Shown here one piece after another: positions 10,501-17,251 of a stretch of DNA of 50,434 nucleotides. The notes beneath the pieces were generated by a model. That model was not told the origin of the DNA. It made no database searches and saw nothing but the letters and a program-made list of their open reading frames with translations. The stretch comes from Candidatus Thalassarchaeaceae archaeon (GTDB taxonomy: Archaea > Thermoplasmatota > Poseidoniia > Poseidoniales > Thalassarchaeaceae). The position numbers and the translations under genes were made by a program. How positions within the stretch are numbered: the first letter of the stretch is position 1; each line of letters begins with the position of its first letter. The stretch is from assembly GCA_965660655.1 (NCBI GenBank), contig CBFIAW010000001.1, positions 1 through 50,434 on the forward strand, written 5' to 3'.

Positions 10501-12468
10501 TTCGAGGAGAACCTCCCCCACGAGGGATGCGAGCCCCTTGATGCAGGAATGCTGTCGACGTCCGGGGCGTGGGATCCCTGTGTAACCATTCAGAACAGCG
10601 ACCACTACAGGAAGGTCCTACAGTTCCAAGTTGATGGATTCAGCCTGATTGGAAACACCGCACTCGATGTCGATCAGCAGATAGTCTACACTTCAGAGAT
10701 AGACCCCGACACGGGACTGATTCTGGAGAAGCCCATGTTGGTTACCGGCCAACTAACCGATGAACTCGGTGGGAACCTATCCAACAGGCAAATCAGAGTC
10801 ACCTTCGAGATGGGCTCGATGGTTTTCGATCCGATAGAAAACAGAATGAAGTTCCGAGCAGGGGACACGGGAATCGAGGCATGCATTCCCGGAGCGACCG
10901 ATGAGAACGGTTTCTTCGACATCAACTGCCCCTTGGCCGGAGTCGATGCGGGCATGGCCAAGGTGAAGGTGGAGTACAACTCATGGGACCCATTGAACAA
11001 CGATCGCTACAGATACAAGAACAAGACACAAACGATGTTCTTCCCGGTGTTCTCGAACTCAACGATAGACGTCTTGGAAGTGGGCCCTTTCAGGTCTGAC
11101 TACCTGACCTACACGTTCCCAAACGGGTCAACCTTTGACGTCCTCTACCTCAAGGAGGCGTTCCACATCAACGCCAAGCTTTCCCAGTCAAATGGAAAGC
11201 CAGTCGGTGGAAAATGCGTCAACATCTACCTAGACCCAGAGGTAAACACCAGACCGGTTGCAATAGCATTCACTACCGATGGTACGGGGGGGTTCGCATG
11301 GTACTCCGCCGACCCAGAAGACAACCCGAGTAGACGAGGAGTTGAGCCAAGCGGCAACAACCTCGAAGGGTTCAGGACGGTAAGGGTAGCATACGAACCC
11401 GAGAAGTACGTGCCCGGCGGCTGTGACTACGAGGCACTAGAGCCAAACCCAGTGCTAAACAGCTCCATAGTCGACGTCGAGGTCCTAGTCAGGAGCAAGG
11501 TGGACATACTGCTGAAGGAACACTGGTCAAGCCCGACCGGATACCAAGAGGGGGACATCATCGCCGGGGAGGTTGCAATCCTCAGGGATCGTCTGGATCT
11601 CACCGTAGAGGGGCAGAGGGTGGAGTTCCACAGGCAGTTCTGGAACGGCTCAGGGTGGCAGACGGAGAGAGTCGAGATTTTCATCACAAACGAGAGAGGC
11701 TCTGCTAACTTCTCATTCCCATACACCGGGGAGTTGATCCCGGGTCATCCGGAATGGTCGGCAGTAGGGGGCCAATGGAGGGTCCTGGTTCACTTCGAAT
11801 CGGCAGATGCAAACAAGCCCTACTTCGTCGAGCAATGGCTGAACAGCACTCCTGAGATAAGACTCGGAGAACCACCCTCGGGGAGCAGCGGAGGACTTTG
11901 GACGACTCAAGTCCTAGTCCTGGCAGGCATCTCCCTTTCCACAGTCACTCTAGTCGGGGCTATGATGTACAACAACTACAGGGAGCGCCGCAAGATCGAG
12001 GTTCTGAGAGGGATCCTTACTGACGCCCTAATGTCACTCAAGGCATCCAACAACTTCATCGAGGCAATTTTCTCATGCTACAAGGACCTGATCAAGTACT
12101 TCAGGATGAGAGGCGCGATGAAGAAGGTCTTCGAGACCACGAGGGAGTTCGAGGACGTGCTAAACAACATGCTGGGCGGAATCGTCCCACCCGAGGAGCT
12201 AGACACGTTCTTCTCCATCTTCGAGGAGGCCCGTTACTCGGACCACGAGATCGGCTCCCAGGAGAGGGATAGGGCGATCCAGATATTCCAATCTCTGATT
12301 GGCAGGATGAACAGCTCCTTGGGAGACAGCATGCTGAACAGAGCATCGGTAGACGAGTCTTCCCTGTACGGCGAATCCGTCAAGGCAGGCCAGTTTGTTG
12401 ACGCTGAGGGCAATGTCAGGTTCGCTGGTATCGACGACACCGAGGAAGGTGACGGGTTCAAGATTTGA
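4531..12468 (+). CDS. Giant (2,645 aa) membrane-anchored surface protein: N-terminal signal/anchor, Asp-rich Ca-binding repeat region, sequon-rich beta-sandwich region, C-terminal TM helix and cytoplasmic DUF4129-like tail
   Basis: Single uninterrupted 7.9-kb ORF. N-terminal hydrophobic segment ILPAISIIALMLLSTQLSLL. About 30 DHDNDGIxD / DDDNDGIxD units between aa about 120 and 1340. Recurrent TDxNGxF beta-sandwich-type units and more than 30 N-x-S/T sequons between aa about 1340 and 2390. TM helix LWTTQVLVLAGISLSTVTLVGAMMY (nt about 11896-11970), then a 165-aa tail with TTREFEDVL...FFSIFEEARYSDHEIG. Start may be ATG 4540 rather than GTG 4531. Confidence 0.9.
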   Translation: MICMNSKEERNTKKRILPAISIIALMLLSTQLSLLSESGDAAEKTGTDDIPKRTAYQQLEQFGGPVQGENQNQPASTNPFQEAAFQDPFYNDPAAIYGKVSDTSALALDPSYGFFLEETNTEDHDNDGIDDLNDLDDDNDGINDLIERFDGCYGTGPLDHDNDGIQDEFDWDDDNDGILEGPVDYSQGIDPWNVSSDRHVDPSTVHPWTGQAVGFNYLVDQNPMDHDNDGIPDEDIDGSGRGSYDEDDDNDGRIDQFVWPCDFDSDGIQDYFDLDDDNDGVDDISDIHPWDSEQTASISSASGILWDDWVRWDPEDYSEYVDGLDYVALHALEHPREQAFSEIVDGDLDGDGIPNFLDPDNDNDGAPDSSDTDDDNDGLADMYDVDDDNDGIPDSCRQLDTNGDGQGDYPTQAFNGSVVPIQTPGTDCEIDYDGDLDDDRFRSIDADYDMVWDWLDTDMGGSANPDNLFGGSQPWDSDNDGLENEFDPYPLNSSAEVATWDCASVSNPNPQNPSDKCVLWRTSYTGFNDWDGDGLNNWVDIDDDGDGILDWLDIDPDCDLDNDADLHELNGSMYRDDGANDIDTDVDGDGLANDEDWDDDNDGINDFYDPDDGNCGIVDTDNTDNFWGNSWPQNDGDSIDGSEDSDAYVAVPHYYWNLTWGFNPFNEDNSFMLNYNGYDPTSLDSVSGIIPEMYWFLMMKWSPYNGGNFFDIDDDGDSLVNGIDVDQDGDGMPDWWDQDEGNDGILDVNDVKMGGSLDGNSCGTVLLDAIQERFCGHIYGYMFMAPLLTPTRSGGQEFTVPYSTRPDAEWDDSNGDGYDGGNHPTGLGSCDMNCFYFTFDPSSNPTPMVAYTYADMKHNRDLWIAYLGVEYFGFFEWTSDVNNNFFPDEIADHLNDDVDPDIDCGQPMPDVSWVPNCMYNNTNDLDDDWDIVYDHFDVDDDNDGIWDYFEVDSNDDFDDDATVEEPYYFTGSNCEDNDDDGLDTDPDDDGIYQAVWDKGVLGQALLFPEYYDVDNDNDGVPDGEDPDDDNNGLLDEIQETFPGCFTGEEQSTWDHDNDGIVNWADDDWDGDGIPNSLELQNLNDTHGTADPFDDTCCLNFPIAPWDHDNDGIRDDFDDDDDYDGMKDEDEVMLWPSRFGSESTNPWDHDDFGGGVGLANPANNSTGPDYFDMDDDNDGREDADWNNPSSGDWATPANKIEEASGLSSDWDSDNDGILDHDDKVPTRITLTAQPVLWLDETTPAIFNGSVYWLDDTGFVPAPDLPVQVHIRYTANGTSVIETIDVLTNENGEYIVGQFLFPEDIDVGPNSTYEVYSEVTEMFIHDYSSTLTDSDGDGIGDSGYPVEVRANTTIGFVSGQRFRADEQPLKLDFKVHYTADYNRGIFDNRLQYAPVSFTISDPGTQFGNITEPTVYDGYGSGYRADSGGWVSLAYNQSLDLWEQVQWNSLLDNGPGIPTGGYEEIVWNPCAPLNPVGSHSVLSPYEYKNTTLPIGDYNFIGYARPDLGVCTDGSYEWPWAHLEGSKTDTFFIRAMHRMYIEAEMFASSFRPVYFWDATQFTGSSFGAWRALFHAPSLANAGTTFEEAGLGKPYPILWDGSPAELSGIAAGALSPFLSSNGTHWAITLQNGADFDSPPCGPVDPLTSSSEVRCEIVPEVFTGESIRVRGHVWNRTLDPVYEINGNPISVALQFDFDQNGVFVGSLETQHNRWPTPVGGLATFDYSQTWENWVQAGTFGVRADFSQPDYFFTGDQDQVLAATGAYGNVSVIGTTEFDRTSLNSLPRLYRGQNTSVQVRLVDNAYQPVREVPVNWTWSEDQSSGIAITDNNGQFMVNLTNIDNLGNYTLGFTYLGDERRQGTYSEVGLWVVSRTFIFVDSVSPNIRSSGDEWRFTAVVTDDNRTPFLKDGGAELNTRGQDNDCEPMQGNGYDLGGNVTIIFEGIDFEDRTHRQIVNVTCPSSGNIFYETILDPQLLKDDPFSYLPDGFGPVNVIIRFEENLPHEGCEPLDAGMLSTSGAWDPCVTIQNSDHYRKVLQFQVDGFSLIGNTALDVDQQIVYTSEIDPDTGLILEKPMLVTGQLTDELGGNLSNRQIRVTFEMGSMVFDPIENRMKFRAGDTGIEACIPGATDENGFFDINCPLAGVDAGMAKVKVEYNSWDPLNNDRYRYKNKTQTMFFPVFSNSTIDVLEVGPFRSDYLTYTFPNGSTFDVLYLKEAFHINAKLSQSNGKPVGGKCVNIYLDPEVNTRPVAIAFTTDGTGGFAWYSADPEDNPSRRGVEPSGNNLEGFRTVRVAYEPEKYVPGGCDYEALEPNPVLNSSIVDVEVLVRSKVDILLKEHWSSPTGYQEGDIIAGEVAILRDRLDLTVEGQRVEFHRQFWNGSGWQTERVEIFITNERGSANFSFPYTGELIPGHPEWSAVGGQWRVLVHFESADANKPYFVEQWLNSTPEIRLGEPPSGSSGGLWTTQVLVLAGISLSTVTLVGAMMYNNYRERRKIEVLRGILTDALMSLKASNNFIEAIFSCYKDLIKYFRMRGAMKKVFETTREFEDVLNNMLGGIVPPEELDTFFSIFEEARYSDHEIGSQERDRAIQIFQSLIGRMNSSLGDSMLNRASVDESSLYGESVKAGQFVDAEGNVRFAGIDDTEEGDGFKI
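4896..8547 (+). repeat. Intragenic array of degenerate Asp-rich repeats (DxDxDGxxD, thrombospondin type 3-like) containing perfect 22-27 nt DNA repeats
   Basis: GGACCACGACAACGACGGAATC occurs identically at 4896-4917, 5004-5025 and 7689-7710, with a 1-mismatch copy near 7844. GGATGACGACAACGACGGAATCAACGA occurs identically at 4935-4961 and 6321-6347. Many further degenerate copies are present. Confidence 0.85.
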
Positions 12469-12519
12469 TACAGACGCGGCATTGGTGCTGCTTTACCGCC
12501 CCTGAGGGGCGCCCGCAGG

Positions 12520-12527
12520 ATTCATAA
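12520..12527 (+). promoter_or_regulatory. Candidate TATA-like box ATTCATAA upstream of the ribosomal protein cluster
   Basis: Same 8-mer as at 4483-4490, 44 nt upstream of the rpl18e ATG. A GAGGGGA SD-like motif lies 5 nt before the ATG. Confidence 0.25.
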
Positions 12528-12570
12528 CACCGACTTTGGTGGCCGCGCTACCTAACCATGAGGGGATGCT

Positions 12571-12936
12571 ATGAGTAAGCCAGACAGGAAGACCAATGCT
12601 GCGCTAGTTTCCCTCATCGGGGACCTGAAGAACCATGGTCGTTCCACGGGATCCCCAATCTGGAGAGACACCGCATCAAGACTGGAGTCCAGCAAGAAAA
12701 ACTGGGCCCAACCCAATCTAAGCCACATCTCCCGCCACTCCACAAAGAAGGAGACCGTGCTCGTACCCGGTAAGGTCCTGGGTAGCGGGGAGATTAGCGG
12801 TGGCCAGACCGTTGCAGCATTCAGCTTCAGCGACGGTGCCAAGAGCAAGATCGAGGCATCAGGAGGACGGACCCTAAGCATCCGAGAACTCATGGACGAG
12901 AACCCAAACGGCAAGGGGGTGCGAATACTTGTCTGA
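12571..12936 (+). CDS. rpl18e: 50S ribosomal protein L18e (eL18)
   Basis: 121-aa ORF: KTNAALVSLIGDLK...IWRDTASRL...VPGKVLGSGEI...FSFSDGAKSKIEASGG. First gene of the conserved archaeal L18e-L13-S9-RpoN cluster. Confidence 0.9.
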   Translation: MSKPDRKTNAALVSLIGDLKNHGRSTGSPIWRDTASRLESSKKNWAQPNLSHISRHSTKKETVLVPGKVLGSGEISGGQTVAAFSFSDGAKSKIEASGGRTLSIRELMDENPNGKGVRILV

Positions 12937-12943
12937 GACAACC

Positions 12944-13411
12944 ATGGTCTTCGATGCCACCGACAAGATCCTCGGCCGTCTGGCCAGTCGGGTCGCCAAG
13001 GAGATGATCTCAGCTAGGAAGTCGGGAAGGCAGCAGAGAGTCATCATCATCAATGCCGAGGATGCCATAGTCTCCGGTGCTAGGACTCAGGTCCTAAGCG
13101 ACTACAGGGCGAAGTACAAACTCAACCATGCAAGGAAGGGGCCATTCTTCCCTAGAATGCCTGACAAGATAATCAAGAGGACAGTCAGGGGCATGCTTCC
13201 ATACCAGAAGAACAGCAGCGGCAGAGGGGCATTCAGGGACCTTCGAGTCATGATCGGGACCCCTCAGAACCTCTCCAATGACGAGCTGCCAGAGGGGCAC
13301 GAGTGGGGCTCCACGGAGCACATCACTCGCAACACTCCTAACAAGTACGTGCGACTAGGCGAGATCAGCTCCCACCTGGGAGTCGAAGCATCGAGATGGG
13401 GAGGTGAGTGA
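12944..13411 (+). CDS. rpl13: 50S ribosomal protein L13 (uL13)
   Basis: MVFDATDKILGRLASRVAKEM... is the typical uL13 N-terminus. The ORF track extends to a TTG at 12929, which would overlap the rpl18e stop, so the ATG at 12944 is preferred. Confidence 0.9.
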   Translation: MVFDATDKILGRLASRVAKEMISARKSGRQQRVIIINAEDAIVSGARTQVLSDYRAKYKLNHARKGPFFPRMPDKIIKRTVRGMLPYQKNSSGRGAFRDLRVMIGTPQNLSNDELPEGHEWGSTEHITRNTPNKYVRLGEISSHLGVEASRWGGE

Positions 13412-13865
13412 TTTGGCCAAGAAGAAGACACCCAAGATCGTTAACACTAGCGGCAAGCGCAAGACGGCGATCGCTCGAGCAACCGTCAAGGCGGCTTCCA
13501 GCGATGGAAGGGTACGAGTAAACGGACAGCCAATTCACATCTTGGAGCCAGCACTCGCACGCAGGAAGGCACTGGAACCCCTGAGGATTGCAGAAGGAAT
13601 GCCGTCCGGAAACAGACTAGTCAAGGTCGACATCTCCGTCGATGTGAAGGGAGGGGGGCAGATGGGCCAGGTTGACGCAATTAGGACTGCAATTGCCCGG
13701 GGCCTCGTGAAGTACAACGGTGGTGCGGAAGGCGATGACGAAGAACTCAGGGACGAGTTCGTTAGATTCGAGAGGAAGATTATGGTCAATGACCCACGTA
13801 GAAAGGAGCCCAAGCATCAAATGGGACGCGGTGCTCGAAAGAAGTGGCAGAAGTCGTACAGGTAG
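13404..13865 (+). CDS. rps9: 30S ribosomal protein S9 (uS9)
   Basis: SGKRKTAIARATV... and C-terminal ARKKWQKSYR are uS9 signatures. The GTG at 13404 lies inside the GGAGGTGA SD motif (13400-13407). The in-frame TTG at 13413, 5 nt after that motif, is the more likely start. Confidence 0.9.
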   Translation: MSDLAKKKTPKIVNTSGKRKTAIARATVKAASSDGRVRVNGQPIHILEPALARRKALEPLRIAEGMPSGNRLVKVDISVDVKGGGQMGQVDAIRTAIARGLVKYNGGAEGDDEELRDEFVRFERKIMVNDPRRKEPKHQMGRGARKKWQKSYR

Positions 13866-14081
13866 GTGAAAGAAGTGTTAATCCCAGTTAGATGTTGGAG
13901 TTGTGGAAAGGTGATTGCTCACAAGTACCAGGCTTTCTTGGATGCAGTGGAAGAGGGCAAGGAAGCAGGTCAGGTACTGCACGATCTGGGTTTCGAGAGG
14001 TATTGCTGCAGGCGCATGTTCATCGGTCACATCGACCTCATCGACGAGGTCGCGCCATTCAGCATCGAAAGGCAGCAATGA
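13866..14081 (+). CDS. rpoN: DNA-directed RNA polymerase subunit N (Rpo10)
   Basis: LIPVRCWSCGKVIAHKYQAF...YCCRRMFIGHIDLID is the Rpb10/RpoN zinc-bundle signature. The second GTG (13875), 5 nt after AGGTGA (13864-13869), is the more likely start. Confidence 0.9.
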   Translation: MKEVLIPVRCWSCGKVIAHKYQAFLDAVEEGKEAGQVLHDLGFERYCCRRMFIGHIDLIDEVAPFSIERQQ

Positions 14082-14129
14082 GGTCCGTCAGGGCTTTGAC
14101 TGATTGCTCACTCGCAGCGAGCCCAATTG

Positions 14130-14207
14130 GGGCCTGTAGGTTAGTTTGGCCTATACTTCGCGGCTGGGGGTCGCGCGACCCAGGTTCAAATCCTGGCAGG
14201 CCCACCA
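14130..14207 (+). tRNA. tRNA-Pro (anticodon GGG), CCA encoded
   Basis: Acceptor stem GGGCCTG/CAGGCCC. Anticodon stem CGCGG/TCGCG (one G-U pair) with 7-nt loop CTGGGGG, anticodon GGG at 14166-14168. T-arm CCAGG-TTCAAAT-CCTGG. Discriminator A followed by CCA. The D-arm is less canonical by eye. A tRNA-Pro after rpoN is a common archaeal arrangement. Confidence 0.85.
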
Positions 14208-14264
14208 CACTGTTTTACCCATGCAAAAGGTCAGTTTGAAGGCCCTCGCCCCCTTTGCACCAAC

Positions 14265-16376
14265 ATGAGTGATGGCAATCCAGAGGAGGGCATCCCCGAT
14301 GCCCGAATCGAGTGGTTGGCCGAGCAGCTGGGAAAGCACTCTGAGCTTTACTACAACAAGGCAGAACCGGAGATCTCCGATGCGGAATTCGATGCACTGA
14401 GGGACGAGCTTCAGAGCCTTTTCCCGGGGCACCCGCAATTGAGCAGGGTTGGCTCTGACCCGCCTCCCGGCTCGACAAAGGTCGATCACCTGTTCAGGAT
14501 GATGAGTCTGGATAAGGCGACCTCAGAGGCAGAGGTGGCTCACTACGTTGCAGAGACAACCGCCAAGGGGAGGAGGTTCGTCTGCCAACCAAAGCTCGAC
14601 GGCTCCGCCCTTTCCCTGGAGTACCGCAGGGGCCGACTGGTTAGGGCTGCCACACGGGGGAACGGGAGAAGGGGGGAGGACGTTACCGCTAATGCCAGGA
14701 GAATGATGAACGTCCCAGAGAACCTTGGCTGGAAGGGGGATTGCCATGTCAGGGGGGAGGTGGTCATGCCCCTGCAGATATTCAGGGAGAAGTACTCCGA
14801 AGTCGCACCCAATCCCAGAAACCTCGCAGCAGGAGCACTGCGTCAGAAGTACGTAGATGCAGGCAAGGGAAGCCCCGAGGACTTGCAGTTCCTGGCTTAC
14901 GGCGTGGAATTCCCCAGCGGACAGGACCGTCACCCCGAGAGCCCAGATCCTCCAGATTTCAAACTTGATTCCGAGGTCATCTCTTGGATTAGTGAGTTGG
15001 GGATCGAGGCCGCTGGGAACAAAGTTGCCTCGGGTGAGGACGACTCGGCCACCACCGAAGCCATCCTAGCCGTGACGAGGGAGTGGTCCCAGTCACGAGA
15101 CTCAGCCGAGTGGGAGATTGACGGCGTGGTGGTCAAGTTGGACCGCCTGGACAAGCGCACTCTGCTGGGGGAGACCGCACACCACCCTAGATGGGCATTG
15201 GCATGGAAGTTCCCACCAGAGGAAGCCGTGACGGTGCTGATGGACGTCTTCTGGCAGACCGGCAGAACAGGGAACGTCACTCCCGTCTCCAGAGTAGCTC
15301 CGGTAGTCGTCTCTGGAGTCACCGTCGAAAACACCACTCTCCACAACAAGGGCGAGGTCGAGCGTCTCGGCATAATGGTCGGAGATAGGGTCAGGGTGGT
15401 AAGGAGGGGGGACGTGATCCCGAAAATCACAGAGGTGATGGGCCCAGCGACCGAGGACGACTTAGCAGGCAGGTCACACTCTGACGGTACCCCCTTCTCA
15501 GAACCACTCCCCCCAAGATCGAAGGTCTCAGTACCGCGAAACTGCCCTCGTTGCTCAACCGACCTGATCGTGGACGGGGCTTTCATCAAATGTCTGAACA
15601 TAGATTGCCCATCCCGTCTCGAGAGAGCAATCCTATACTGGTGTAGAAAGCTGGGGATGGACGGCATCGGCGAGAAGCTAGCCGAACAACTATGCTCTTC
15701 GGGGCTGGTGTCCAGTTTGGCCGACCTATACCGCCTGGAGGACCGTGAACGGGAACTCATAGGCCTAGAGAGGATGGCGCAGAAGTCTGCTAGAAATGTC
15801 CTGGAGGAGCTCAGCTCGACTAGGTCCATGACCTTCAGCACATTCATCTCAGCTCTCGGACTCCCACGGATAGGCCCCGAAATAGCAACATTGGTTTGCT
15901 CCGAGGTAAGGGACCTGGAGGAGCTAATTCAGATGACCGAAGACAGAGAGGAAGCAGTTCGGCGCCTGATCTCAATTGACAGGATCGGTGAGACCGTGGC
16001 AACGCTGCTCCTGGATGGGATCTCCGAGAGGAAGGACGCGATCATAGACCTGCATGATCAGGTAGAGATCGTCCAGGGTGGCCAGGAATCCAGCGAGGGA
16101 ATACTCTCAGGCTCGACCTTCTGCATCACGGGCACCCTCAGCAGACCCAGAAAGGAGATTTCCCTCTCGATAAAGTCACAAGGCGGGAAAGTCGTATCCT
16201 CAGTCTCTGGGAACCTGGGCTTCCTAGTCGCCGGGGGGTCCTCAGGTTCGAAGATGGAGAGGGCCAACAAGCTGGGTGTTCGCGTGATCACTGAATCCGA
16301 GTTGGACGAAATGCTGGGCGGTTCGATCCTCGAGGACCTACCAGAAGAGAGACAGGCCAGCCTCGGAGAGTTCTGA
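14265..16376 (+). CDS. ligA: NAD-dependent DNA ligase LigA (bacterial type)
   Basis: 703-aa ORF with all LigA modules: adenylation KxDG (CQPKLDGSALSL), DGVVVKLD, OB fold, four-Cys zinc finger (CPRCSTDL...CLNIDC), HhH region and C-terminal BRCT (FCITGTLS...GGKVVSSVS...FLVAGGSSGSK). Confidence 0.92.
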   Translation: MSDGNPEEGIPDARIEWLAEQLGKHSELYYNKAEPEISDAEFDALRDELQSLFPGHPQLSRVGSDPPPGSTKVDHLFRMMSLDKATSEAEVAHYVAETTAKGRRFVCQPKLDGSALSLEYRRGRLVRAATRGNGRRGEDVTANARRMMNVPENLGWKGDCHVRGEVVMPLQIFREKYSEVAPNPRNLAAGALRQKYVDAGKGSPEDLQFLAYGVEFPSGQDRHPESPDPPDFKLDSEVISWISELGIEAAGNKVASGEDDSATTEAILAVTREWSQSRDSAEWEIDGVVVKLDRLDKRTLLGETAHHPRWALAWKFPPEEAVTVLMDVFWQTGRTGNVTPVSRVAPVVVSGVTVENTTLHNKGEVERLGIMVGDRVRVVRRGDVIPKITEVMGPATEDDLAGRSHSDGTPFSEPLPPRSKVSVPRNCPRCSTDLIVDGAFIKCLNIDCPSRLERAILYWCRKLGMDGIGEKLAEQLCSSGLVSSLADLYRLEDRERELIGLERMAQKSARNVLEELSSTRSMTFSTFISALGLPRIGPEIATLVCSEVRDLEELIQMTEDREEAVRRLISIDRIGETVATLLLDGISERKDAIIDLHDQVEIVQGGQESSEGILSGSTFCITGTLSRPRKEISLSIKSQGGKVVSSVSGNLGFLVAGGSSGSKMERANKLGVRVITESELDEMLGGSILEDLPEERQASLGEF

Positions 16377-17180
16377 CTAACCGTACATCCCGGTCGACGC
16401 ACCGCCGGTGTCCTTGGGGGGGTTGAGGTGAAGCGACATCATCTCCCTGATCTGCCCTTCTATCCTCTGTGCCTCTTCCATTAGCGGCTCTGGATCGAGT
16501 TGAACAGCTGGAAGGAGCCCGTCGAGGCATCCGATGATCCTGGCTGCTGCGCGTGCATCGGGGATAGTGCCCTGGCCCAACTCACCATCCGATTCGGCGA
16601 GGATCGCCAACGCGTCGATCCCCCTCCTTCTGCATTCCCCCATCATCACTCCCGTCATCCCTCCGACAACTCCTTGTTTCAGAAGCGGAACGCCGATCCC
16701 CTTCAGCAGTTTGTGAGTGGTGTCGGTTGACCCTATTCCAAGCATCGAATCCATCCCTTCGTCTTCGTCGAAGATGCTGTGGCTACTTTCTATCCCGTGT
16801 GCGAAGGAGTCGACCATGATCGTCGAACTAACGCCAGAGTCCACAATCCAATCAATCAGGCTGGAGGAAAGTGGCAGGTTGAGTTCCGGGGGGATCTGGA
16901 TTTCTGAGGCAATCAGAACCACCTTGTCGCACTGCTCCATATTGCAGATTGGCTCGCCAGTATAGAACCTCAAAGGAGGGAGCGGCTTGCCGTCCTGGAC
17001 TAGGCATACCGTAGAGAGATTTGGATGTCTGACGCCTCCAACCAATTCCAATTCCAGTTTTTCGACCAAGAAGTGCGCAACAATGCTACTGACATATCCT
17101 ACCGATGGGAAACAACTTACTAGCAGGGCTCCAGAAGAATTCACCCCCTCATCAACCTCGACAAGAGGTCCCTCCGCCAT
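16377..17180 (-). CDS. PAC2-family proteasome assembly chaperone (PbaA/PbaB-like), paralogue 1
   Basis: 267-aa ORF with a PAC2/COG1938-like N-terminus (LLVSCFPSVGYVSSIVAHFLVEKLELELVG...). The C-terminus ends -M-Y-G, a hydrophobic-Tyr-X (HbYX) motif. Its stop abuts the ligA stop with 0 nt between them. Confidence 0.75.
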   Translation of the reverse strand: MAEGPLVEVDEGVNSSGALLVSCFPSVGYVSSIVAHFLVEKLELELVGGVRHPNLSTVCLVQDGKPLPPLRFYTGEPICNMEQCDKVVLIASEIQIPPELNLPLSSSLIDWIVDSGVSSTIMVDSFAHGIESSHSIFDEDEGMDSMLGIGSTDTTHKLLKGIGVPLLKQGVVGGMTGVMMGECRRRGIDALAILAESDGELGQGTIPDARAAARIIGCLDGLLPAVQLDPEPLMEEAQRIEGQIREMMSLHLNPPKDTGGASTGMYG

Positions 17181-17251
17181 GAATCCAGAATCCCCTCAAT
17201 GGTGTTAATCGTTGCCACTCATCCGCCTCAATTCTGCGGGATGGAGATAAG

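Noticed and set aside
12497-12511. Hairpin CGCCCC-TGA-GGGGCG after the giant gene as a terminator.
   Set aside because: It has only 6 bp with a 3-nt loop, and no oligo-T tract follows. It is too weak to call.
14930-15847. 305-aa minus-strand ORF. Similar long antisense ORFs are 19049..19705-, 25561..26376-, 33500..34212-, 38476..38874+ and 47373..47945+.
   Set aside because: Each lies entirely antisense to a gene with strong family signatures (ligA, the PKD protein, moaA, the permease, the coiled-coil proteins). Their products are Ser/Arg/Pro-rich with no motifs. Long antisense frames are expected in G+C-rich or codon-biased DNA.
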